Below are positions 11,357 through 23,687 of a DNA stretch of 64,000 nucleotides, piece after piece (positions within the stretch are counted from its first letter, which is position 1; each line of letters opens with the position of its first letter). The stretch covers positions 148,056,001-148,120,000 of the forward strand of contig NC_043000.1 of NCBI RefSeq assembly GCF_006345805.1. The letters run 5' to 3'. A program made the translations under genes and the position numbers. The DNA is from Octopus sinensis (lineage: Eukaryota). The notes beneath the pieces are model-generated. The model had not been told where the DNA came from. It saw only the letters and a list, made by a program, of their open reading frames with translations, and searched no databases.

Positions 11357-11615
11357 TGTGAAGTATATTTGTCACTTAAATGTAGCTAACCACATTCTCC
11401 AGCTGGCTATTGACACACTTTCTGTGCCCTATCAATATTTGCAAAGGGAAGCCATCCTTCCCATCGTCGACATGACGTGATACGCACGGACCCGGGTTTC
11501 TGGGTATTTACCCGTCGTCAGCACACGACAATCACCGGTCTTCGATGTGAAGGGGTCCCAATGCAAATACATATATCCTTTTTCCAGTGACGAAAAGCCA
11601 CTGATCTCGAAAAAG
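11357..11615 (-). mobile_element. Short hammerhead-bearing element between TA/TG microsatellites, related to 5287-5585
   Basis: Shared ordered blocks on +: TTGACACAnTTTCTG, ATATTTGCAAAGGG, hammerhead, TGCAAATA, CAGT..ACTGATC..CGAAA. Confidence 0.7.
11477..11535 (-). ncRNA. Type I hammerhead ribozyme motif
   Basis: Minus strand reads CGUGUG CUGACGA C GGGU-AAAU-ACCC A GAAA C-CCGG-G UC CGUGCG. Stem I has three G-U pairs and extends via GUGAU/AUCAC. Confidence 0.8.
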
Positions 11616-11636
11616 TGTATGTGTGTGTGTGTATAT

Positions 11637-11704
<68 letters not shown>

Positions 11705-12843
11705 GTGTATATGTATGTATGTATATATATATGTATGTATGTATATATATATGTATGTATGTGTGTGTATATGTATGTATGTATATATATATATGTATGT
11801 ATGTATATATATATGTATGTATGTGTGTGTATATATATGTGTGTGTGTATATATATGTGTGTGTGTATATATATGTATATATATATGTATATATATGTAT
11901 GTGTGTATATATGTGTGTGTGTATATATATGTGTGTGTGTATATATATGTATATATGTATATATATGTGGTGTGTGTGTATATATATATATATATGTGTA
12001 TATGTATGTATGTATATATATATGTATGTATGTATATATATATGTATGTATGTGTGTGTATATGTATGTATGTATATATATATGTATGTATGTATATATA
12101 TATGTATGTATGTGTATGTGTATATATATGTGTGTGTGTATATATATGTGTGTGTGTATATATATGTATATATATATGTATATATATGTATGTGTGTGTA
12201 TATATGTGTGTGTGTATATATATGTGTGTGTGTATATATATGTATATATGTATATATATGTGTGTGTGTGTGTGTATATATATGTATATATGTATATATA
12301 TGTATATATGTATATATATATATGTGTATGTATATATGTGTATATATATGTGTGTGTGTGTGTATATATAAATATATGTATGTACATGTATATATGTATG
12401 TATATATATGTGTGTGTATATATGTATGTATATATATGTGTGTGTATATATGTATGTATATATATGTGTGTGTATATATGTATGTATATATGTGTGTATA
12501 TATGTATGTATATATATGTGTGTATATATGTATGTATATATATATGTGTATATATATGTGTATATATATGTGTATATATATGTGTATATGTATGTGTATA
12601 TATATGTGTATATATATGTGTATATGTATGTGTATATGTATGTGTATATATATATGTATGTGTATATATATATGTATGTGTATGTGTGTATATATATGTG
12701 TATATATGTGTATATATATATGTATATGTATGTGTGTATATATATATGTGTGTATATATATATGTATGTATATGTGTGTATATATATATGTATGTATATG
12801 TATGTGTGTATATATATATGTATGTATATGTATGTGTGTATGT
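11616..12843. repeat. Compound (TA)/(TG)/(TATG) microsatellite
   Basis: About 1.2 kb of alternating purine-pyrimidine repeat. Confidence 0.98.
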
Positions 12844-12844
12844 A

Positions 12845-13808
12845 CACTACCGTCAGAAATTAATTAGCACCCTTGATTTGCTCTTCACTCAAGGTATGTG
12901 CTGTCACCTAGTGGCCATATCTCGAACTATTGCTTTGTTGCGAGTTCACTGTTGCGCAGAACGATGACGTAACTTTGTTTGCAGAGCGATTTGAAAGTCT
13001 ACAGCCTAATGATGTTGACATAGCAGTGCAACAACAACTTGGAGTGCGGATGCAGACAAATCTTCCTTTGTTTAATAGATATAGGTAGAGCCTCACAAGG
13101 ACCGAAATCACACCGTACTAAGTTTTCTCATCGCGTAAGACGTTTTGAACAGCTCGTAGGTTAATTGATTTGTGTATTTGCAAGATTTTTTTTCCTCACA
13201 AATTCTCCTACACTCTGCTTCGTGATGTCACTTCCGGTTCACAAAACTTTCTGTTATACATCAAATAAGGTGAGAAATTCTGCTTTCTTTCTTTTTTGTT
13301 TAATGAATAATAACTCATAGCAGTTTTGTTATAGCATAACATTATTCAAATGAATAGTTTTAATGAAAATAACTGGTTTTTATCGTTCATTCCTAGATGG
13401 GCCCAAGACCTCGCATGACCTTGGAGAGACGGTACGAGGCTCTCTCGTGGCGTGGGAAGCTGTCGGAGACTGCAATAGCCAGAAAACTTGGTGTAGCCAG
13501 GCGCACAATTCAGTGCTTATTTAAGAAATACGAGGAAACCGGATCAGCAGCTGACCAAAAGGGTAGGGGACGGAAGAGGCTGACGACCCAGCGGGAGGAC
13601 CGGATGCTGATCCGAAAGTCACTGAACAACCGAAGAGCAACGAGCCGGCAACTGGCGGAGGAGATGCAAAAGGTGACAGGGAAGCAGTTGTCTACAACCA
13701 CCGTCAAGACCAGATTACTGGATGCTGGTCTAAAATCCTGTAGGGCCGCCCATAAATGTAAGAAAATGTAGAAATTTGAGAAGTGCTAATTAATTTCTGA
13801 CGCAAGTG
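12845..13808 (+). mobile_element. Tc1/mariner transposon, internally deleted
   Basis: 26-bp TIRs CACTACCGTCAGAAATTAATTAGCAC / GTGCTAATTAATTTCTGACGCAAGTG (24/26 match), with TA on both sides. Confidence 0.92.
13397..13771 (+). CDS. Truncated Tc1 transposase: paired-type HTH DNA-binding region only, no DDE domain
   Basis: [17 protein letters not shown]...KYEETGS...[14 protein letters not shown]...TSRQLA...[14 protein letters not shown]. Open for 124 aa and ending just before the right TIR. Confidence 0.8.
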   Translation: MGPRPRMTLERRYEALSWRGKLSETAIARKLGVARRTIQCLFKKYEETGSAADQKGRGRKRLTTQREDRMLIRKSLNNRRATSRQLAEEMQKVTGKQLSTTTVKTRLLDAGLKSCRAAHKCKKM

Positions 13809-14096
13809 TATGTGTGTATATATATATGTATGTATATGTATGTGTGTATATATATATATGTATGTATATGTATGTGTGTATATATATATGTATATGTATG
13901 TGTGTATATATATATGTATATATATGTATGTGTGTATATATATATGTATATATATGTATGTGTATATATATGTATGTGTGTATGTATGTATATGTATGTG
14001 TATATGTATGTATATGTATGTGTATATATATATATATATATATGTATGTGTATATATATATGTGTATATGTATGTATGTGTATATATATATATGTA
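13809..14096. repeat. TA/TG microsatellite
   Basis: Continuation of the array that the Tc1 element interrupts. Confidence 0.95.
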
Positions 14097-15101
14097 CCTG
14101 GCCCTCATAGCAGAATCACTACTGGAACTAAAAAGAAATATCAGGTGTAGAAGCTAGGTTTAGAATCAAAAAGCCTTAGAGTCAATGTAGCAAAGACCAA
14201 AGTTATAGTAAGTAGGAAGGCGAATTCATCACCCCACCCTCAAGTAGGTGGCCCTGCTCGATCTGTAGAAAAGGTGTAGGCAGAAACTCCATAAGATGTA
14301 CCCAGTGTAAGCTATGGACACGTAAGAGATGCAGCAACATCAAAGGAAAATTAACTGAGAAGATAGCTTTAATGTGCGGCAGATGCACAGGGGCAATAGA
14401 CACTACAGATACTCAGAAAACAGATTCCATCACACTCCAGGGGAGAAACTAGAAGTAGTTGATAGCTTCCACTACCTAGGTGACCAAGTTAGTAGTGGGG
14501 GGTGGATGCTCAGAGAGTGTTCCCACTAGAATAAAAATAGCTTGGGTAAAGTTTAGGAAGCTTCTACCCCTACTGGTGACAAAGGGTCTCTCGTTCAGAG
14601 TGAAAGGTAGATTGTACGATGCACGTGTGCGAACCGCCATGCTTTACGGCAGTGAAACATGATGACGAAAGACCAAGACCTCTCGAGATATGCTGTGAGT
14701 GCTAAGACCCGACAAATGAAGTGAGTTCATGGCTCACAGTATGACCTGCTGTGCTTACCTTGGATTGCAGGGCGACCTGCTGTGCTTGAGGAGACCTATT
14801 GAGTCAAGTACATCAAAATAAAAATCAAATGGAAGTTGTAGTTGTGATACCCTTGCCAGTGGCATGTAAAAAGCACCATCCAAACATAGCCAATGCCGGT
14901 GCCGCCTTTACCGGCGTCTGTGCTGGTGGCACGTAAAAAGCACCCACTACACTCACAGTGTGTTGGCATTTGGAACGGCATCCAGCTGTAGTAACACTGC
15001 CAGATCAGACTGGAGCCTGGTGCAGCCTCCTGCCTTTCCAGACCCCGATCGAACCATCCAACCCATGCTAGCATGGAAAACAGATGTTCAACGATGATGA
15101 T
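14097..15101 (+). mobile_element. RTE LINE 3' fragment (ORF remnant with internal deletion, plus 3' UTR)
   Basis: LALIAESL..., WPCSICRKGVGRNSIRCTQCKLWTRKRC, LYDARVRTAMLYGSET; (GAT)n tail; homologous to 36220-37790. Confidence 0.9.
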
Positions 15102-15151
15102 GTATATATATATATATATGTGTATATATATATATATAGTATATATATATG

Positions 15152-15184
<33 letters not shown>

Positions 15185-15494
15185 GTATATATGTATATAT
15201 GTATATATATATATATGTATATATGTATATATATGTATGTATATATATATATATGTATGTATGTATATATATGTATGTATGTATGTATATATGTATGTAT
15301 ATATATGTGTATGTATGTATGTGTATGTATGTATGTATATGTGTGTATATGTATGTGTATATATATTATATATATGTGTGTGTGTGTGTATGTGTCTGTA
15401 TATTTATGTATAGGTATATTTATGTATAGGTATATTTATGTATATGTATGTATATTATATTTATATTTATGTATATATATATATATATGTATAT
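15102..15494. repeat. TA/TG microsatellite
   Basis: Direct reading. Confidence 0.95.
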
Positions 15495-16088
15495 ATCATC
15501 ATCGTTTAACGTCCGCTTTCCATGCTAGCATGGGTTGGACGTATGACTGAGGGCTGGCGAATCAGAAGGCTGCACCAGACTTCAATCTTGATCTGGCAGA
15601 GTTTCTACAGCTGGATGCCCTTCCTAACGCCAACCACTCCGAGAGTGTAGTGGGTGCCTTTACGTGCCACCAGCATGGGGCCAGTCAGGTGGCGCTGGCA
15701 ACGACCTCGCTCGAATCTTTTACACATGCCACCGGCACGGGTGCCAGTAAGGCGATGCTGGTAACGATCCCGTTCGAATGGTGTTTTTTACGGGCCACCG
15801 GCACAGAGGCCAGATAGCCGCTCTGGCAATGATCACGCTCGGATGGTACTCTTTATAGCCTACTAGCACGGGGCTTGAGTGCCAGTAGTGCGATGCTGTA
15901 TGTATATATATCATCATCATCATCATCGTTTAACGTCCGTTTTCCGCGCTAGCACGGGTTGGACGGTTCGACTGGGGTCTGGGAAGCCAGGAGGCTGCAC
16001 CAGGCTCCAGTCTGATCTGGCAGTGTTTCTACAGGTGGATGACCTTCCTAACGCCAACCACTCTGCGAGTGTAGTGGGTGCTTTTTAT
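15495..16088 (-). mobile_element. Two adjacent RTE 3' UTR fragments (15495-15890 and 15911-16088)
   Basis: Each begins (CAT)n CGTTTAACGTCCG on the + strand. Confidence 0.85.
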
Positions 16089-16160
16089 GTATGTATATAT
16101 ATGTGTATGTATGTATGTGTATGTATGTATGTATATGTGTGTATATGTATGTGTATATAT

Positions 16161-16206
<46 letters not shown>

Positions 16207-16228
16207 TGTATATTTATGTATAGGTATA

Positions 16229-18657
16229 TGGGTGCTCTTTATGTGCAGCAAAGGAATCGTGGGGAGAAATTAGGACTTGAAAAAATGTAAATAGAGTTTG
16301 AGTTACTCAAACTCAGAGCATTAGATAATGAACAAAAATATAAAATGATTAATGAAGAAATGCACACTAAACTCATGAAATATGCTATGAATAACCTTTA
16401 GAAAGCGTTATAAAACTATGGAAAGGCAGCTGTAAATCAGAAGAAATAAATTCCCTGCAACAATGGGAAAACAGTGTTAACTTCGTCCTTAGTTATGAAG
16501 CTCAGTTTAAAAGAGACTACACTTCAGATAGTCCCTTCCTGAAAAAATATACAGAACAAATACATCTATAGAAATAAATACACATCCACCTAGATCAAAC
16601 TATAAACATCCAAAGAACACAAACACACAAAACTGACTTCTCACCTGGAAGTAAACCATTCTCAATCTAGTAATAGGGACAACTCACTAATGAGAAATAC
16701 TAGAAGAAACCAACCTAGGGTTAGGAGTAATTTTTTTCTCTCGAGCAACTAGAAACGTCCAATAGACTCCCTTAACCCCTTAACAAAGAAGCTCAACCTA
16801 TTTACCAAGACAGAGGTAATTGCCTTCCACAAAAAGGTTGGAATAAAACACAATATGACTTCTGTGACCAAATCCAAAATTTCCCATATACTTTCCATAA
16901 ACGAAAAATTAATTTGAACCTCAACAATCTAGAATGGAAAAATCTTATTGAACTACAAAACAACAAAGACCTGACAATTAAAGAAGCAGACAAAGGAAGT
17001 GCTGTAGTCCTGATGGACACAGAATACTATAAAAACCTAGTGCAGGAGTGGCTGTGTGGTAAGTAGCTTGCTAACCAACCACATAGTTCCGGGTTCAGTC
17101 CCACTGCATGGCATCTTGGGCAAGTGTCTTCTGCTATAGCCCCGGGCCGACCAATGCCTTGTGAGTGGATTTGGTAGACGGAAACTGAAAGAAGCCTGTC
17201 GGATATATGTATATATATATATGTATGCGTTTGTGTGTCTGTGTTTGTCCCCATAGCATTGCTTGACAACCGATGTTGGTGTGTTTATGTCCCCGTCACT
17301 TAGCGGTTCGGCAAAAAAGAGACCGATAGAATAAGTACTGGGCTTCCAAAGAATAAGTCCCGGGGTTGATTTGCTCAACTAAAGGTGGTGCTCCAGCATG
17401 GCCGCAGTCAAATGACTGAAACAAGTAAAAGAGAGAGTAAAAGAGAGAAAAGAGAGAGTTATCCATACTAGAAAATGATGCCTTCTACGAAAACGTTGTA
17501 AACTATAAACAACAAAAAACAATGAAAGATCTTGCATCTTTAATTCTTCTACATGGAAAAGACCTGACAGAAAAAGAAACAGACTACATCACGAACTTCA
17601 AATGTAAACCTAGTCTTTTTTATGGCCTACCTAAAATACACAAGGGCAAGATAATTAATGAAGCCTACAAACAATCATCAGGCAAATACATAAATATCCA
17701 AGCGACAGAAGACTTAACTTTAAGGCACATTATAGCTGGCCCAGCCTGTGAAACCCACTGCCTATGCAATTCTTTAGACATCCTACTGAAATCCTTGCTG
17801 AAATGCATCAAAAGTTTCATTAGAGATGATTTAGACATGCTAGAGCACCTACCAAAAACAATTAATGAATAGGCATTATTGGTGTCCTTTGATGTTATCA
17901 ATCTTTATACCAACATCCCACATGACAATGGAATAAAAACAATCAAATTCTGATTGGAAAAGTACCCCAAAGTACTCCTTGAATTCATAAATCAGATCTT
18001 TATTATTGAATCTTTAAAATTTATACTTCAGAACAATTATTTCCTATTTGATGACACATACTATTGTCAAAAATGCAGAGTTGCAATGGGAACAAAAGCA
18101 GCCCCTGTTCTTGCAAACTTGATTATGGGTTATTTTGAATTCACTATATATGAAATGTCACTTCAAAAATATGGTTATCCATTTCACCATTACATAAGAG
18201 AAAGCTGGGAAAGATGCCTGGATGACTGTTTTATCATTTTGAAGAAGACCATAACTTTTGGACTTCAAATCAACACTAAATGATATAAATAGTAACATTC
18301 AATTCACAATGGAATATAACAAAGAACAGCTCCCATTTTTGGATATCATGATAAAAAAAAGTCAACAACCAAATTATAACTGGCATCTATCCTAAACCAA
18401 CGGACTCGAAACAATATCTGTTTAACTCATGCCACCCGAAACACATTAAAACAAATATCCCCTTTAATTTGGCAAAAAGGATTTACACAATAGTGTCTGA
18501 TAGAACTACTCGGGATCTTTGTCTTCAAGATGTCAAAACAACACTAACTGAAAGGCAATATCCACCCTCACTTATAGCCGATGGAATTAAGTATGCCAAG
18601 AATTTAGACATAAAAACACTAAGGGCAACAATGCATAACACCATACCTCATCTTTGA
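16229..18657 (+). mobile_element. Penelope-like element, RT region, decayed and interrupted by a SINE
   Basis: Motifs TIKEADKGSAVV, FYGLPKIHK, SFIRD, LVSFDVINLYTNIPH, AMGTKAAPVLANL, CLDDCF, IQFTME, LPFLD, KPTDSKQY and SCHPKH. No GIY-YIG domain seen. Confidence 0.92.
17040..17458 (+). mobile_element. SINE family A (tRNA-headed, CORE-like)
   Basis: A box TGGCTGTGTGG, B box GGTTCAGTCCC, CORE-like CTTGGGCAAGT, internal TA/TG tract and (GTAAAAGA)n tail. Confidence 0.9.
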
Positions 18658-19404
18658 ATTTGATGTGATGTTACAAACTGAATTATAAATGTTGTGAATG
18701 TCCACAAGTATATGTATGTGTATGCATGTGTGTATATATATATATATATATATACATATATACGAAAGAAGGTTTGAAAATGCAATTTAAAAGATGTTTA
18801 TTTACTTAACCGGTTTCACTCTTTGGTAAAAGATTGTCAAAAGTAACATTGAATAATATGGGTTCAAAAAAGTTTTTTACATAATTGTCACATTGAATAT
18901 TATGAATTCAAAAATGTTTTTTTATACATAATTGTCACATTACATGTATAAATATAGTGTTTGGTAACAGAGAAGTTCAATAGTGTGATGAGAATATTTG
19001 GAAAAATTGTCAGAAAAGAATAAAACAAATATATTATTGGAAATTTGGTTGCGTTAATTATTGGTTGTCGCAAATTGTCATGTATATATATACAGTCTTT
19101 GGTAGAAAGGACATGTTAAAGACATAAGGAAGTGCAATAGTTTGGTGAGAAAATTTGTAATATTGACAGAAAAAATGGATATTTTATACATCTCAGAATA
19201 TTTTGAGTTGAAGGCGAGAATTTGTTTTTACTGACCTGTTGGCTTTAGCAGAAAAGTTGAATTGAGAGAAAAAAATGTTGTACCCAGTTTGGTTTATGGT
19301 TCCCCTTCAAGCATCAATGATTTTGGGGTTATCGGGAGGTGAGTATGCGGGTGTGAATAGATGTGTCCATGTGCCTGCAGTATTTGGTCAGACGGCATCT
19401 GTTT

Positions 19405-20170
19405 GTCACACACATATACACACACACACACAACACACATACACACACACACACACAGCATACAAACACACACACACAGCATACAAACACACACCACATA
19501 CACACAACACACACACACACATACACAACGCACCCACATATATAATATACACACACAGCACACAAATATAACATGTATTTATATATAATATACACACATA
19601 TATAACACACATACACACAACACACACAACACACGCACACATACATACATAATATAAATGTCACACAAATACACCTAGCATATATATACATACAATACAC
19701 ATACACAGCATGTATATAATATACATACACAATATATGCATGCAATACATACATACAATATATATATATATATATAGACAATGCATATACATATATACAT
19801 ATAAATAGTGTTTACATACACATACATAAATATACCACATATACACACAATATACATACAATGTATACATATACACGTACGCATACATACAATATATATA
19901 CACACACACATAACATACACATACACAATGCATACATATATATACATGCAATGTATATACATGTATTCATGCATATATAACACACCTACAATGTACATAT
20001 ATACAATGCACACATACACACACATATACACTTAATTGTACACATACATATACAATACACATACATACAATATACATATACACAATGCGCATGCAAATAA
20101 TGCACATGTTTATACACATGTATATATATATATATATACTTATATCGACACACACTATCATTTTAACACA
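19405..20170. repeat. Degenerate (CA)/(TA) microsatellite
   Basis: Direct reading. Confidence 0.95.
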
Positions 20171-20546
20171 CACTTTTCTTTTTCCATGCTTACAAGCGTT
20201 GATCTATTTATTGAGGCAAATTTTCTATGTGGAGATGCCTTTCTTGCCACCAACTCTTACCTGTTTCCAACAAAGATAGTAATTCCCTATGGTCAGACAT
20301 GTTTTCATGGAATATTGAAAATGAATGGTACTCATTTATACTAATTCTGTTTCTATCTATCAAATCCACTCACAAGGTTTGGTTTGTCTTGGACTATAAT
20401 AGAATATACTTGGCCAAGGTGACCTGCAGTTGTATGAAAACATTGTGGTTGGGAAGCGGATTTCTAAATGACATAGCCATGACTGTGCTTACACACATTC
20501 ACACACATATTAATGTTTGTTTTTATGTCAAGTTATAAAGACAATT

Positions 20547-20948
20547 AGGAGTGGCTGTGTGGTAAGTAGCTTGCTAACCAACCACATGGTTCCGGGTTCA
20601 GTCCCACTGCATGGCATCTTGGGCAAATGTCTTCTGCTATAGCCCCGGGCTGACCAATACCTTGTGAGTGGATTTGGTAGACGGAAACTGAAAGAAGCCT
20701 GTCGTATATATGTGTATATATATATATATAAGTGTGTGTGTATATGTTTGTCCCCCTAGCATTGCTTGACAACCGATGCTGGTGTGTTTACGTCCCCGTC
20801 ACTTAGCGGTTTGGCAAAAGAGACCGATAGAATAAGTACTGGGCTTACAAAGAATAAGTCCCAGGGTCGATTTCCTCGACTAAAGGCGGTGCTCCAGCAT
20901 GGCCGCAGTCAAATGACTGAAACCAGTAAAAAGAGAGAGTAAAAGAGT
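20547..20948 (+). mobile_element. SINE family A
   Basis: Near-identical to the copy at 17040. Confidence 0.9.
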
Positions 20949-21099
20949 ATTGAAGTGAAGCATTATTCAGTACTTTTTAGTAGAGTACATATTAATTTAC
21001 TTTTACAAGGGAAAGCTTAGAGTGTTTTTGAAGTTTTGACTTGCTGATGGGTTTTTATAGTCTTTGGCTGGTTGTACTTTGTTAGGTGGAGTGGTAAAA

Positions 21100-21562
21100 G
21101 GCACCTGTGTCAGTGACACATAAAGAGCAACCATGCCGGTGACACTTAACCCTTTAGTATTTAAACCAGCCATATCCGGCCAAAATAGCTAATCTGTTTT
21201 ATGTTCAAACTGACCAGATCCAGGCTCTCACACCTACCCTACAATGTTATTCCACATTAAGTAATTACACCATCAAGATCTTGAAGATATGAGATAATGC
21301 CTGATTAATTCAAATAAATGGGAATCAATAAGCATTATGTTTGATAGAATAATCTGAACACTAAAGGGTTAAAAGATACCTGTGCCAGTGACACTTGAAA
21401 GACACCCAACACATTCTGTGGAATGGTTGGCATTAGGAAGGGCATCCAACTGTAGAAAACCAAACCAAAGCAGACCGGAGCCTGGTGCAGCTCTCCAGTT
21501 TACTAGTCCCAGTCAAACTGTCTTACTAATACCAGTATAGAAAATCGATGCTCAATAATGAT
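21100..21562 (+). mobile_element. Older RTE 3' UTR copy interrupted by a MITE
   Basis: TGTGTCAGTGACACATAAAGAGCAACC-type units, then GGTTGGCATTAGGAAGGGCATCC. Confidence 0.7.
21150..21368. mobile_element. piggyBac-type MITE, family 2
   Basis: TTAA TSD; TIR CCCTTTAGT...ACTAAAGGG; further copies at 44849 and 53282. Confidence 0.88.
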
Positions 21563-21601
21563 GGTGATCACACACACGTATTTGTGTATATTATGTATAT
21601 A

Positions 21602-21976
21602 CAGGAGTGGCTGTGTGGTAAGTAGCTTGCTAACCAACCACATGGTTGTGGGTTCAGTCCCACTGCGTGGCATTTTGGGCAAGTGTCTTCTGCTATATCC
21701 CCGGGCCGACCAATGCCTTGTGAGTGGATTTGGTAGACGGAAACTGAAAGAAGCCCGTCGTATATGTGTATATATATGTATATATGTGTGTGCGTGTATG
21801 TTTGTGTTTGTCCCCCTAGCATTGCTTGACAACCGATGCTGGTGTGTTTACGTCCCCGTCACTTAGCGGTTCGGCAAAAGAGACCGATAGAATAAGTACT
21901 AGGCTTACAAAGAATAAGTCCCGGTGCTCCAGCATGGCCACAGTCAAATGACTGAAACAAGTAAACGAGTAAAAGT
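21602..21976 (+). mobile_element. SINE family A (small internal deletion)
   Basis: Sequence identity to the other copies. Confidence 0.9.
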
Positions 21977-22091
21977 ATTTATACAGGTGTGTGTGTGCAT
22001 GTCTGGGAAACACCCAATGGAAATACAGTGTTTTTTTGTATGTTCTTTGTTATATATATGTTCTTTGTTTTTTATATCACATTCAAAATGT

Positions 22092-22305
22092 GACCGCGTG
22101 TGCTCCGTTGGCGATTTTTTTTTTTTTTTTCCCTCCGTCTTCCCTTCTCTGGATCTTTCCTTTTCATATGTTTCTGACGAAGAGCTCCGCTCGAAACATT
22201 AAACCCTCCTTCTTCCCTTCCTTCCTGAGCGTCCAATAATACTATATTTGTTCCACGCCTTCGCGTTGTTGTGTTTTCTCTTTGTTTTCACGTTCGGATT
22301 AACTA
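22092..22305 (+). mobile_element. Penelope-type terminal repeat fragment with minimal hammerhead motif (22170-22204)
   Basis: GTTT CTGACGA A GAGC-TCC-GCTC GAAA CA TT AAAC. Second copy at 28668-28865; both end in (TA)n. Confidence 0.7.
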
Positions 22306-22323
22306 TATATATATATATATATA

Positions 22324-22550
22324 GGCGGCGAGCTGGCAGAAACGTTAGCACACCGGGCGAAATGTGTAGCCGTATTTCGTCTGCCGTTACGTTCTGAGTT
22401 CAAATTCCGCCGAGGTCGACTTTGCCTTTCATCCTTTCGGGGTCGATAAATTAAGTACCAGTTACGCACTGGGGTCGATGGAATCGACTTAATCCCTTTG
22501 TCTGTCCTTGTTTGTCCTCTATGTTTAGCCCCTTGTGGGTAGTAAAGAAA
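22324..22550 (+). mobile_element. tRNA-headed SINE with Meta-like central domain
   Basis: GGCGGCGAGCTGGCAGAA head, GAGTTCAAATTCC B box, and GACTTTGCCTTTCATCCTTTCGGGGTCGATAAATTAAGTACCAG. Confidence 0.8.
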
Positions 22551-22924
22551 TATATATTTGTTCCACGCCCTCGCGTTGTTGTGTTTTCTCTTTGTGTTTT
22601 CATGTTTGGATTAACTTTATATATATATATATATCTATATATATCCGTGCCTGTCTGTGTGTGGTTAGAAAATGTGCCACTACAAATTCTGTCCAACCCA
22701 TTAAGGTATGGGAGAGTGAATGATAAAATGATGATGATGTTGATGATTCTCCTGTCTTTTTTTTTCTTTCTTTTTGTAAAAGCATATTTTCTTTTGAACT
22801 TTTTTTTCTATTTAAAAAGTTGTGTGCTTTGTTTTTCAGGGGTCTGAAACATTTCACCCACTGTCACAAGTATTTACATATTTCACTGGACCATTTTTAA
22901 AAATTTTTTTATAATTTCCTTATA

Positions 22925-23332
22925 GGCGCAGGAGTGGCTGTGTGGTAAGTAGCTTGTTTACCAACCACATGGTTCCGGGTTCAGTCCCACTGCGTGGCAC
23001 CTTGGGCAAGTGTCTTCTACTATAGCCTCGGGCCGACCAAAACCTTGTGAGTGGATTTGGTAGACGGAAACTGAAAGAAGCCTGTCGTATATGTGTATAT
23101 ATATGTATATATGTGTGTGCGTGTATGTTTGTGTTTGTCCCCCTAGCATTGCTTGACAACCGATGCGGGTGTGTTTATGTCCCCGTCACTTAGCGGTTCG
23201 GCAAAAAGAGACCGATAGAATAAGTACTGGGCTTACAAAGAATAAGTCCCGGGGTCTATTTGCTCGGCTAAAGGCGGTGCTCCAGCATGGCCGCAGTCAA
23301 ATGACTGAAACAAGTAAAAGAGTAAAAAGAGT
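22925..23332 (+). mobile_element. SINE family A
   Basis: Full-length copy. Confidence 0.9.
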
Positions 23333-23687
23333 ATATAACAATTCAGTGTATTCTGTTAAACTCGGACAGTTCACTGATACTGTTTTTTTGTTAATCCCTT
23401 TCTTTTTCTCCTTCCCATATTTCTCCTCCACCTTAAACATATTCAAATTTTAAAGATACTATTTTGTTTCACTGTTAAGTTGTTGGTGTCATATGGAATG
23501 CCTTGAAGTTGTCATTCCAGCTGTCTGCCTTCTGAATGCTAATTCTGCTGAAATGAACTTTGCCTTTCATTCTTTGGAAGTTGATGAATAAATTACCAGT
23601 CTGATAATGGGGTACATTCTTCTCTCTCTCACTCTATGTATGTATGTATGGATTTGTATGTATGTGTATATACATATATGTATAAAT

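Noticed and set aside
11432-12967. Long ORFs (up to 471 aa) rich in Y/I/H/T or C/V/M/Y; similar ones at 13.7-14.1, 15.1-15.5, 19.3-20.2 and 25.7-26.6 kb
   Set aside because: These are translations of TA/TG/CA microsatellites, which lack stop codons; they are not genes.
17027-17378. Recurrent short ORFs (MSSNARGTNT..., MVVIPAVLFHH..., MLVCLCPRH...)
   Set aside because: Incidental frames of multi-copy SINEs.
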